From Mobula hypostoma (taxonomy: Eukaryota), in assembly GCF_963921235.1 (NCBI RefSeq), contig NC_086106.1, forward strand, positions 25,172,001-25,236,000: a stretch of DNA of 64,000 nucleotides, read 5' to 3'. The translations under genes were made by a program, and so were the position numbers. Shown one piece after another: positions 11,509 to 22,595 of this stretch; position 1 is the stretch's first letter, and each line of letters starts with the position of its first letter. A model generated the notes under the pieces. It saw nothing but the letters and a program-made list of their open reading frames with translations, did no database searches and was not told the DNA's origin.

Positions 11509-11750
11509 AAAATTCAAGGCGAACATAAATTCTGACTGAATCCCAAAGGCTTAGTCATATGTTTCATATGATGTCATAGCCAGTTTCTCACACCAGTGAT
11601 ATATACAGTTGGCATTGGTAATGGAACATTTTGCTCTAAGATAGCTGTAACTGTGAGTAAAATCACTTCCATTTAAGTGATTTTCATGTGTTACTTGATT
11701 TCACTGACTAATCACCTTTGAACGCCAGTTTTTGATTGTTTCCGACATAA

Positions 11751-14463
11751 TGACTAATTACTTGATTTCAGTGCTTTAAAAAGGATAGAGAGGGCGGAAA
11801 AGGGGGAGGAGCAGTGGCATTATTGGTCAAGGATGCTATTACAGCTACAGAAAGGGTGAGTAATGTAGCAGGATCCTCTTTTGAGTCAATATGCGTGGAA
11901 GTCAGGAACAGGAAGGGAGCAGTTACCTAATGGGGGTATTCGATAGGCTCCCTGGTAGCAGCAGAGATACAGAGGAGCAGATTGGGAGGCAGATTTTGGA
12001 AAGGTGCAAAAATAACAGGGTTGTGATCATGGGTGACTTTAGCTTCCCTAATATTGATTGGCACCTGATTAGTTACAAGGGTTTACATGGGGCAGAGATT
12101 GTTAAGTGTGTCCAGGATGGATTCCTGTCACAGTTTGTGGACAGGCCGACCAGGGGGAATACCATACTAGATGAAGTACTAGGTAATGAACCGTGTCAGG
12201 TCACAGATCTCGCAGTGGGTGAGCATATGGGGGACAGTGACCACCGCTCCCTGGCCTTTATAATTATCATGGAAAAGGATAGAATCAAAGAGGACAGGAA
12301 AAATTTTAATTGGGGAAAGGCAATTTCTGAGGCTATAAGGCTAGAACTTGCGGGTCTGAATTGGGATGATGTTTTTGCAGGGAAATGTACTATGGACATG
12401 TGGTTGATATTTAGCGATCTCGTGCGGGATGTAAGGGATAAATTTGTCCCGGTGAGGCAGTTAAAGAATGGTAGGGTGAAGGAACCATGGGTGACAAGTG
12501 AGGAAGAAAATCTAGTCAGGTGGAAGAAGGCAGCATACATGAGGTTTAGGAAGCAAGGATCAGATGGGTCCATTGAGGAATATAGGGAAGCAAGAAAGGA
12601 GCTTAAGAAGGGGGCATGAGAAGGCCTTGGCGAGTAGGGTAAAGGAAAACCCCAAGGCATTCTTCAATTATGTGAAGCAAAAAAGGATGACAGGATGACA
12701 GGAGTGAAGGTAGGACCGATTAGACATAAAGGCGGGAAGATGTGCCTGGAGGCTGTGGAAGTGAGCGAGGTCCTAATGAATACTTCTCTTCGGTATTCAC
12801 CAATGAGAGGAAACTTGATGATCGTGAGGACAATATGAGTGAGGTTGATGTTCTGGAGCATGTTGATATTAAGGGAGAGGAGGTATTGGAGTTGTTAAAA
12901 TACATTAGGACAGGTAAGTCCTCGGGACATGACGGAATATTCCCCAGGCTTCTCCACGAGGCGAGAGAAGAGATTGCTGAACCTCTGGCTAGGATCGTTA
13001 TGTACTCGTTGTCCACGGGAATGGTACCGGAGGACTGGAGGTAGGCGAATGTTGTTCCCTTGTTCAAAAAAGGTAGTAGGGATAGTCCGGGTAATTATAG
13101 ACCAGTAAGCCTTACGTCTGTGATGGGAAAGCTGTTGGAAAAGATTCTTAAGGATAGGATCTATAGGCATTTAGAGAATTATGGACTGGTCAGGGACAGT
13201 CAGCATGGCTTTTTGAAGAGCAGATCGTGTCTAACAAGCCTGATAGAGTTCTTTGAGGAGGTGACCAGGGATATAGATGAGGGTAGTGCAGTGGATGTGA
13301 TCTATATGGATTTTAGTAAGACATTTGACAAGGTTCCACACGGTAGGCTTATTCAGAAAGTTAGAAGGCATGGGATCCAGGGAAGTTTGGCCAGGTGGAC
13401 TCAGAATTGGCTTGCCTGCAGAAGGCAGAGGGTGGTGGTGGAGGGAGTACATTCAGATTGGAGGATTGTGACTAGTGGTGTCCAACAAGGATCTGTTCTG
13501 TGAACTCTACTTTTCGTGATTTTTATTAACTACCTGGATGTGGGGGTAGAAGGGTGGGTTGGCAAGTTTGCAGACGACACATGGTTGGTGGTGTTGTAGA
13601 AAGTGTAGAGGATTGTCAAAGATTGCAGAGAGACATTGATAGAATCCAGAAGTGAACTGAAAAGTGGCAGACGGAGTTCAACAGGGAGAACTCTGAAGTG
13701 GTACACTTTGGAAGGACAAACTCCAAGGCACAGTACAAAGTAAATGGCAGGATACTTGACAGTGTGGAGGAGCAGAGGGATCTCGGGGTACATGTCCACA
13801 GATCTCTGAAAGTTGCCTCACAGGTGGATAGGGTAGTTAAGGAAGCTTATGGGGTGCTAGCTTTCATAAGTCGAGGGATAGAGTTTAAGAGTCGCGATGT
13901 AATGATGCAGCTCTACAAAACTCTGGTTAGGCCACACTTGGAATACTGTGTCCAGTTCTGGTCACCTCACTATAGGTAGGATGTTGAAGCATTGGAAAGG
14001 GTACAGAGGAGATTTACCAGGATGCTGCCTGGTTTAGAGAGTATGCATTATGATCAGAGATTAAGGGAGCTTGGGCTTTACTCTTTGCAGAGAAGGAGGA
14101 TGACAGGAGACCTGATAGAGGTGTACAAGATAATAGGGGGAATAGATAGAGTGGATAGCCAGCGCCTCTTCCCCAGGGCACCACTACTCAATACAAGAGG
14201 ACATGGCTTTAAGATAAGGGGTGGGAAGTTCAAGGGGGATATTGGAGGAAGGTTTTTTTACTCAGTGAGTGATTGGTGCGTGCAATCCACTGCTTGAGTC
14301 AGTGTTGGAGGCAGATACACTAGTGAAGTTTAAAAGACTACTAGACAGATATATGAAGGAATCTAATGTGGGAGCTTATATGGAAGGCAGGGTTTGAGGG
14401 TCAGCACAACATTGTGGGCCGAAGGGCCTGTACTGTTCTGTACTATTCTATGTTCTATGTTCT
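11751..14463 (+). mobile_element. 5'-truncated CR1 LINE (endonuclease to 3' tail), specific to the V1 unit
   Basis: VVIMGDFSFPNIDW, NYRPVSLTSVMGK, LYKTLVRPHLEYCVQFWSP and a (TTCTATG)n tail. ATAA is duplicated at 11747-11750 and 14464-14467. The empty site ttccgacataaacaaaag is present at about 33793. Confidence 0.95.
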
Positions 14464-14559
14464 ATAAACAAAAGCTGAGTGTAATTGTATTTACCGAGTT
14501 TCATTTTCGGAAGTTACAACTAGCGTTAATTCTCAGACACGATCCATTGTGTTTACCGA

Positions 14560-14800
14560 CAGATATAATTCCCTTTACAAAAAAAAGTTAAAGTCGCAAT
14601 GTATTTGGTTGAACACATCTGCAATTCAAAACATTGGACAATTATCAACATGAATGGCGCTTACTCTCAGAAATTAGGTCGCTTTATACGCAATGGGAGA
14701 TCTGGAGACAATGAATCCTCAGGTTACATCTTCGGAAACAACTCTATTTCTAACTTTAATATATCTACTTTTCCCCTTTCAGATTTATTTTTTTACAACC
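14560..14800 (+). pseudogene. V relic psiV4 downstream of the intact V (paralogues near 25230-25440 and 33930-34145)
   Basis: Open frame reads VEHIC, then A-Y-S-Q-K-L-G-R at +13 (W-Y-R-Q-K-P-G register), then FNISTFPLSDLFFYN (L-x-I-S-x-x-x-L-S-D-S-A-x-Y register). The A' copy reads GNSSTSNLNIT. The invariant Trp and second Cys are lost. Confidence 0.45.
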
Positions 14801-15030
14801 TGACCTGCGGTTACTCGCTGTCGTCGGTTTGTTGCGAGAATTGGTCCGGCTCTCGGGGTCGCACGACTGGCCGTTATTCAATATTCCAAGAACGCTACCG
14901 AGCAAATTAGCACGTCTTCGGAATTCCGGGATTCCTTGGCTCTGGAGGTGGGCGGCATCGAGGTCGGTGCCAACGCAGGAAATCGCTGTTTCGTGAGGAC
15001 GGAAGATATCTGACTGTGTGTGCCAAGAGA
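14800..15030 (+). pseudogene. CpG-rich block, possible Ig-fold relic psiVc (paralogues 25436-25665 and 34142-34370)
   Basis: LTCGYSLSS with Trp at +12, G-F-x-G-S-G-x-G in another frame, and (R/E)TE(D/A)I*LC about 70 codons after the first Cys. Needs several frameshifts. No RSS. Confidence 0.28.
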
Positions 15031-15158
15031 CCCGAGATCTTTGGGCACAGAGCTCGGAAAAAGTGGCGGAACGGACGTTTAACATCGTAATTCACTGAGT
15101 TGTGTGTTATGTCACGTTTCTCGATCTGAACGACAGACACCTCTTTTTCACTTATTAG

Positions 15159-15420
15159 GAAGAGCGAGAGACTGTGCTATATATAATTACCATGTGAATT
15201 AATAGCCTTTGGGGTACTGCAAGTCTGCGTGTTCAATGATGTTCTCTGCACACTTAAGTGCCCCGTGGAGGGCTCTGATGCTCGTTCGCTGGTTGGGGAC
15301 GGTGTATTGCTGTTCTGCTGGTGCTTAACCGTGCGAGGAGGAAGTTAGTGTGGGGTGCTTTAGGGTTCCATCATTTAACTGTCGTTCCTTCCGTATGGCT
15401 CTGTTTTCGTGTATGCGAAG
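15159..15420 (+). pseudogene. V relic psiV5 (paralogues 26747-27015 and 34497-34765)
   Basis: Conserved acceptor cacttattag|. The A' copy has TCG TAC (W>S,Y) and CCT GGA AG- GCG CTG ATG CTG CTT (PGKALMLL). The B copy ends HLTVFHSVW-H-T-S-V-F-L-Y (D-T-A-V-Y-L-C with GAC>CAC and TGT>TAT). Confidence 0.55.
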
Positions 15421-15599
15421 AAAAAAAAATATTCGCAGATGTACATGGTATACATTTCTCTGTAATTAAATGTACCTTTGAAACTGACACCTTCCACGCA
15501 GAATTCTGAGCAGCGTTGACGCCACGAGCCTTACTAGAGTGGAGCATTGCAGTTGTATTTGCAACACTTACAACAAGAGCCTCCTGAAACTCATCATTC

Positions 15600-16706
15600 T
15601 GTCACAGAGGGGGAGCTGGGAGCGGACCCAAATGCAAGACATAGACACTGAAATATTAGGAACAGGACAGGACTAGAGTTCCGGACGTGACTGGATGCAG
15701 ACTGGCAGCTAGGACAAGAACACAGAATTGGGCGAGGATATTGGCTGGGTAAGGGGTACCAGGACAAGTAACTGGGAATTATGAGCCAGGGCATGCTCTC
15801 TGAGCCAGAGATTGGATAAGGAACCAGCGCCTGGGCCTTGACTCGGGCTTGGACCCCGTAACTAGGCGAGGACATGACGTAGCTAAAAGACTAAATATGG
15901 CTTGCGTTCCTCGAGGCGCGGACATGACGAGGCTTGTGTTCTTCGAGGCGAGGACATGACGAGCCTTGGGTTCGGACTCCGAGCCAGAAACTGGACAAAG
16001 ACCAAGAACCTGTGTTTTGACTCGGGCTCGGACTCCAGAACTAGACCACGACAAGACGTAGTCCTGGTAGACAGGACTAGGCGAGGCTACAGGACAGAAG
16101 AAGAGACTCCTGAACAAGACGAGGGAACTCCAGCACAGGATGAGGCACATGAACAGGATGGGAACACGAGGCCTTAACTTCGACAGGAACGCAGGAAGTA
16201 GGGCCGGAACTCGTACACAGAACTCAAAGAGACAGTTCATAACACAAGATAGCCGCAAACGGCCGGACCTACCTAGCGAAGGCGTGGACATAGAGACGGT
16301 TCTCAATACTGGGTAGCATCAGACGGCCGGACCTACCTAGTGAAAGCGTGGACACAGAGAGACAGTTCCAAACAACGATAGACATTTCTTTTTTCTTACT
16401 CCGGCAGCTGGACTTGACAGCGGTGCAGGCAAAGGCTCCAGGCGAGGCAAGGCTCTAGGCACTGGTTGCAGGGCAAGCCTTCAGGATGAAAGGGAAGAGA
16501 AGGGATTCAGACAGAGGGTGCAGACAGGAACAATCCAGCAACTGAAGCTGAACCAAGGAGCTATTTATGTAGCCAGCCGAAAATGTGAATCAGCTGCCTG
16601 AATTAGAGCACCCAGCAGAAAAAAGGGAAAACCAGCAAACCTGGAATAAGGGACGATGGACCGGACTGTCAACCAGAATCCGGACTTCACGGACCGGACC
16701 AAGACA
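15600..16706 (-). mobile_element. Solo LTR (Gypsy-like) with perfect 5-bp TSD CATTC
   Basis: TG...CA termini. The reverse complement matches the LTRs at 18023 and 19329. CATTC at 15595-15599 and 16707-16711. Confidence 0.88.
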
Positions 16707-16822
16707 CATTCATGTATTAGTCTGAGGTAAATCTATCTAGAGTATTGAACATTTTGATTGAATATCCTCTAATATCGCCTTATTGAATATGCACGATTAT
16801 TGCCATTAATATCTTAGTGAGT

Positions 16823-17130
16823 GGGGACGTGGCCAAGTGGTTAAACCGTTGGACTAGCGACGTGAAGGTCGTGTGTTCGAGTCCGAGCGGAGGCAACATG
16901 TTGTGTCCTTGAGCAAGGCACTTAATCAAACATTGCTCTGCGACGACACTGGTGCCACGCTGTATGGGTTCTAATCCCCTTCCCTTGGACAACATTGGTG
17001 TCGTGGAGAAGGGAGACTTGCAGCATGGGCAACTGCTGGTCTTCCATACAACGTTGCCCAGGCCTGCGCCCTGCAGAGTGAAGTCTTTCCAGGCGCAGAT
17101 CAATGGTCTCGCAAGACTAACAGATGTCTT
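16823..17130 (+). mobile_element. tRNA-derived SINE (paralogues about 28579-28887, 36455-36762, 48227-48535, 56103-56410)
   Basis: A box TGGCCAAGTGG (16830-16840), B box GTTCGAGTC (16875-16883), and the gtgtccttgagcaaggcacttaa core. Boundaries are approximate. Confidence 0.8.
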
Positions 17131-17269
17131 AGAATATCATACTTGAACGTAAAGTGCATTTTCACATTTCATGAAAATGCACTCGTCATGTCATATGTCG
17201 TAAAATTGCCCCCTGTATTCTGTCGTTCAATTGACAATTTTAGCCGATAATCAGAAGCCACTCTACTGG

Positions 17270-17600
17270 ACCTTTCGATGAATTAGACAGTATATCTTCG
17301 GCTAGCAGAGTGTCCTAATGCCTGTACACTCAATTCTGCTAAACTTCTTGACGTAAGTAATCAGCATATGTTATGCTAAAACAAGTATTTTCTGCTAGAA
17401 AGCAATATTTTCTGTTACTGGAAAAATAAACACTAAGTAATATAGATGTTGTCATTCCAATCCCAGAAATAAAGATTAAATACATAGCCTATCCTGAATG
17501 TCCTGACGTTTGTCAGAGTCTTCCGTTCGACAGCGGCCTCCTCCTCCAGTACAGTCATTATCGAGATGGGTTTTGTAATTCCCCCCTTTTAAAGGTCATC
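17270..17600 (-). pseudogene. Weak inverted V relic psiV6 (paralogue near 29010-29300)
   Basis: Minus strand has MTVLEEEAAV (compare MTFEEESNITLNC in the intact Vs), LYFW, and L-L-A-E-D/E about 55 codons later. Confidence 0.33.
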
Positions 17601-17712
17601 AGACTGCGCAGTATTGACAACCGAGGCCGTTGTGCTCATAGCTAAAGTGTATTGCACCTCGGTTGAACATTGTATTGAGGTAATATCGAGTGTGGCTATA
17701 TTTATATCTCAT

Positions 17713-20641
17713 GTGGATAGAGTCGTGAAGAAAGTATGTTGGCCTCTATAAATCAGAGCACTGACTATAGGAGCTGGGATGTAATGTTGAAATTGTACAA
17801 GGCATTGGTAAGGCCATATTTGGAGTAGTTGGTATAGCTATGGTCACCAAATAATAGGAAAGATATGAATAATATTCAGAGAGTACAGAGAAGATTTACT
17901 AGAATGTTACCTGGGTTTCATCTACTAAGTTACAGAGAAAGATTGAACAAGTTGGGTCTTTATCCATTGAGCGTAGAAGGTTTAGGGGAGACTTGACAGA
18001 GGTATTTAAAATCATGAGTGGGTGTCATGGTCCGGTCTGTGAAGTCCGTATTCAGGTTCACGGTCCAGTCCATCGAACCTTGCTCCTGGTTTTCCTGTCT
18101 AACCTGTTTCTGTTCCTGTTGAGAACTAATTGAGGCAGCTGATGTTCGTTGGGGCTGGCTGCATAAATACCTCTAGAGACCAGGCGTGGCTGCTGGATTG
18201 TTCTTGTCCTTACTCCTTGTATCCATTCCCCTGCCTTCTATTTCCTCGCCTGAAGCCCTGCCTGGTCTTGCCGGTAACTCTCGCCTCGTCTCGCCTGTAG
18301 TCTTGTCCTGGATCCATCCCGTACCGAGCACTCTTCCCGTCCCTTGTCCCCGCCGGGTAAATTAGCCCGTGTTGCTATTATTCTGCGGTTGCTTCTGTCC
18401 CTTCCTTTTCCTTGCCTCAGTTAGGTAAGCCAGGCAATATTACCGTTACCTACGGTTGGTTCTGTCCCTTCCCAACCCTTGCCTTCGTCGGGTAAGCCTG
18501 GCCGTCTTGCCGTTACCTGCAGGTTGGTTCTGTACCTTCCTGTCCCTTGCCTCCATCGGCTGGAGATCCGCGCCCTGCCCAGGAGGAGCTTCCAGACTCC
18601 AGCTTCGCCTCTAGTCTCCAGCCTCCAGCCTCACCTACAGACTCCAGTCTCCAGCCTCGACTCCAGTCTCCCGCCTCCAGCCTCGCCTCCCTTCTCCAGC
18701 CTCCAGCCTCCAGCCTCCAGCCTCGCCTCCAGATTCCAGCCTTCAGTGTCGCCTCCAGTCACCTGCCTCCAGCCTCGCCCTCAGCCTCCTGTCTCCAGTC
18801 TCCTGGCCTCCAGCCTCCAGTAATGTTTCCAGCCTCGCGTCATGTCTCTAGCCAACCCTCGCCTCAAGTCTCTAGCCTCAAGCCTGAAGATTCCAGTCTT
18901 GTCCTGCCTGCTAGCCAAGCCTCATCCTTGTCTAGTTCTGGGGACCGAGCAACAGGCGAGAATCAGGTACTGGGTCATTGTCCAGTCTCTGGCTTGGATT
19001 GCAAGCCCGGGCTCCTAGCTCTCTGGTCCAGTCCTGTTTTGGGTTCCCGGTTTTCGTGTCCATGCGCTTGCCCTCACTCTGTATCCTATTCTTGTCCCTA
19101 ATACTTCAGTGTCTGTTTCTTGCATCTGGGTCTATTTCCTGCACCCCATTATGACAGAAAAATCCAGCCTCCCATGGACACAGCGACACCGACACTGTAA
19201 TTTTCCTCTTGCCACCCGGGGTACCTTTCTGTTAAATACCCTCCTACCCGCCAGGGTCGTCCATAGTCTGGATACCGTGTTTGGTCGCCAGGAGGCTCAA
19301 GTGGAAGGGTGGGGGAGGGGGGTGATACTCTCATCGTCCGGTCGGTGAAGTCCGTATTCCGGTTCACAGCCTGGTCCATCGACCCTTGGCAGTTGATGCT
19401 CGTTGGAGCTGGCTGTATAAACACCTCCAGAGACCAGGGCATGGTTGCTGGATTGTTCTTGTCCTTACTCATTCTATCCCTTCTCCTGCTTTCTGTTTCC
19501 TCGCCTGAAGCCCTGCCTTTGTCTTGCCGGTAACTCTCGCCTCGCCTGAAGTTCTTGTCTCGCCTTGCATTTCCTGAAGCCTTGCCTTGTCTTGCTGGTA
19601 ACTTTCGGCTCGTCTCGTCTGCAGTCTTGTCCTGGAGCCACCCCGTACCTAGCTCCCTTCCTGTTCCTTGTCTCCGCCGGGTAAGTCAGGCCGTCTTGTC
19701 ATTAACACGCGGTTGGTTCTGTTCCTTCCTGTCCGTTGACTCCGTTGGGTAAGCCAGGCCGTATGCCGTCACCTACGGTTGGTTCTGTCCATTCCAAACC
19801 TTGCCTCCGTCGGGTAAGCCAGACCGTCTTGCCGTTACGTGCGGTTGGTTTTGTCCCTTCCTTTTCCTTGCCACCGTCGGATGGTGCTCCGCGCACAGCT
19901 GAGGAGAACCTTCAAGACACCAGCCTCGCCACTAGCCTCCAGCTCCAGCCTCTCCTCTAGTCTCCAGCCTCCACTATCGCCTCCAGTCTCTAGCCTCCAG
20001 CCGCGCCTCCAGTCTCCAGCCTCCAGCCTCCTCTACAGTCCCCCGCCTCCAGACTCGCCTCCAGCCTCTCCTCCAGCCCCCTGCCTCCAGCCTCACCTCC
20101 AGTCTCTCTCCAAGCCTCGCCTCAATTCTCTAGCCTCAAGCCTCGCCTCAATTCTCTAGCCTCAAGCCTGAAAACTCCAGCCTCGTTCTGCCTGACAGCC
20201 AAGCCTCGTCCTTGCCTAGTTCTGGGGTCCGAGCCAGAGGCAAGACCCAGGTACTGGGTCCTTGTCCAGTCTCTCAGTCGGAGTCCAAGCCCGGGATCCT
20301 AGATCTCCCTGTCGAGTCCTGTTCCGGGTTCCCGGTTTTCGTATCCATGTCCTTGTCCTCACCCTGTATCCTACTCCTGCCCCTCGTACTTCAATGCCTG
20401 TTGCTTACATTTGGGTCTGTTTCCAGCACCCCATTATGACAGGAAGATAGAGTTGACGTGGATAGGTTTTTTCCATTGAGAGTGGGGGCGATTCAAACCA
20501 GAGGACGTGAGTTGAGAGTTAAAGGGCAAACGTTTAGGGGTAAAACGAGGGAGGGACTTCTTTACTCAGAGAGTGGTAGCTGCGTGGAATGGGCTTCCAG
20601 CAGAAGTGAAAGATGCAGGATCGATGTTGTCATTTGAAGTT
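17713..20641 (+). mobile_element. CR1 3' fragment split by an LTR element (pieces 17713-18022 and 20442-20641; repeated at about 37348-40286 and 56997-59936)
   Basis: DRVVKK...LYKALVRP...RRFTRMLPG...RGDL homology continues across the insertion into gatagagttgacgtggatagg. Confidence 0.85.
18023..20441 (+). mobile_element. Internally deleted two-LTR retroelement: LTR-A 18023-19156, 172-bp internal segment, LTR-B 19329-20441
   Basis: Both LTRs end in ATTATGACA and start with TGTCA (TCTCA in this LTR-B). Polypurine tract at 19303-19322. ATG GAC (A/C)CA GCG start just after LTR-A. (CTCCAGC)n arrays inside the LTRs. Confidence 0.85.
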
Positions 20642-21093
20642 ATTATTTTTTTTTCTGTTTGTTTGTTGTTATAGCCAATAATACATGAAGGAAATTAGAC
20701 TTTCTTTAACTTCATCCGCATATTAAACATGTTTTCAGGATTTCCTGCGTTCTTGAGATGGCAAGCTTCGTCAAAACAGAAAATGAAACAATCACGAGAC
20801 AACTGGTGTTTACTTTGTAAATTCTTTACTTTTCATTTTCCAGATCTGCCTACCTGAGACGACATATGGAACCCATTTATTAAATGTGCGCCAACATCGT
20901 CTTTAGGCGTAATTAAAGGAGCGAAGACAACAAATATTTCTACAAACGTAAGAAAACGGTCTCAAAATGCCTGCTAGTATTAGATTCAGTACGTTATATT
21001 AGTTAATCCTCTTTTTTATGCTACAGGGCTCTTTAACTTTTTTTGTAGAAGTCGGATCTGCGAGGCACTCTGGTCACGTACTCTGTATATTAC

Positions 21094-21702
21094 ACGCACA
21101 AAATAGTCTGCAGATGCTGGGATCAAAGCAACACTCACAACACGCTGGAGGAACTCAGCACGTCGGGCAGCATCAGTGGAAACGATGAGTCGACGTTCCG
21201 GGCTCAACCCTTCGTCAGGAGTAAAGAAAGTGCATTCTACCAGATGTCAGCAGAGCTTCAGTAATTCTCTCACGAGAATTGTTCCTTTATTGAATTTTTG
21301 CAGAAGCTTCCACGCCAGCTGGGTGATCACAACTATTCCGTCTTTTATAATTGCCGACAAACGTAAAATAAACATAATAAAACAAACAATTTTTAAACTT
21401 GCATTTTGTTACTAAGAGAGTGGTAGCTGTGTGGAACGAGCTTGTAGCAGAAGTGGTCGAGGCAGATTTGATGCTGTCATTTAAAGTTTAAAATAAAACA
21501 TTTTTTTTTCGGTTTGTTTGTTGTTATAGCCAATAATAAGTGAAGGGACTTGCATTTTGATAATGATCATTACGGGTATATTTTTAAAATAGTTAACCGT
21601 TCGTTATTGTCCTGACGAACGGTTCCGGCCAGAAACGCCGACATATCGTTTCCATTGATGCTGTCCGACCTGCTGAGTTCCTACGACGTGTTGTCACTGT
21701 TG
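21094..21702. mobile_element. Penelope-bounded composite insertion with 13-bp TSD CTCTGTATATTAC (copies 40740-41348 and 60389-60997)
   Basis: TSD at 21081-21093 and 21703-21715; single copy at the empty site (about 8171). Inverted Penelope-type arms with hammerhead-like cores at 21187-21222 (-) and 21608-21643 (+). The interior is homologous to other parts of the array. Confidence 0.7.
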
Positions 21703-22315
21703 CTCTGTATATTACCCTAGTTCGTAACACACTGGAATATTTATCAGGTATATGACGAATAGCATAAATTCTTCTTCACACCGCACAGATGCTGTCTGAA
21801 CTTGTGGATGTTAGATGACGCGGTATGTTGCGTTTGACATGGATTTACATTAAAATGGAAAGCGCGACTGTCTTTGATCGTGTCGTATTAATCGTGACCA
21901 TGCAGTGCCCTTGTGTACGTGATCCTATTTAATGATGTACACACACTCTCCCCATATTACAGCAACTAATCTGATGCTGTGCCCTACGTCTGTTTTAACT
22001 GTGGTCGTCTAACAAACTCCGTGACAGTTACCGAGCACGTTATAGCATTCACAAATTTTATAAAGGCAGCTGCAGAAGTAACGAAAGAACGTAGACATAA
22101 ACGCTTCATAGGACCTCAGCTGCAAGTGCGTTGGACTGAGTTATTGGATAATCTATTCTTATTCCCACGACAGAGATGGAGCAGTCCCAATAACGTTCAG
22201 AGACTCTGTTCCCTGTTTAGTGCCCAATGTGTCTTTCACACTGCTTGTAACAGACCCATAATGCAGAGATGTACGCAATAGCTGTGCGAAGATTCATCCG
22301 CTTTCTCTCAACTTG

Positions 22316-22595
22316 ATCTCCACAAGGAAATACCAGGCGGAGTCAGTCAGCTGCACCGCTGCCATAGTCAGTAGCTGCTCCTTCTCAATAACTGAACTGC
22401 ATCAGGAAGACGACCATTAGCGAATTACGCCGGTTGTTCATAGACTCCAACAGCTGGTGATCGCATGGCAAACTCCGTTTGTCTGTCCGGAATAGTTTGC
22501 GGAGACAAAATAAATTAAAGGAAAATGATGCAGTGAGGTTCTTTCATTTTTGTCCAATAACTTTTGCTGTGTTATTGATTCGGCATTGTTCAGTC
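22316..22595 (-). pseudogene. psiVa, B-unit copy (also 41962-42241 and 61611-61890)
   Basis: GLNNAESITQ...PDRQTEFAMR...LTMAAVQLTDSAWYFLVE, then CAAGTTG, a 23-nt spacer and ACAGCTATT. Confidence 0.83.

Noticed and set aside
16823-16895. tRNA-like sequence with A and B boxes
   Set aside because: It is the head of a SINE. It continues into a SINE core and the paralogues are degenerate.
18479-20450. Ser/Pro/Gln-rich ORFs (and copies at 38075-40096 and 57723-59745)
   Set aside because: They arise from (CTCCAGC)n low-complexity arrays within LTRs, and overlapping frames are all open. Not genes.
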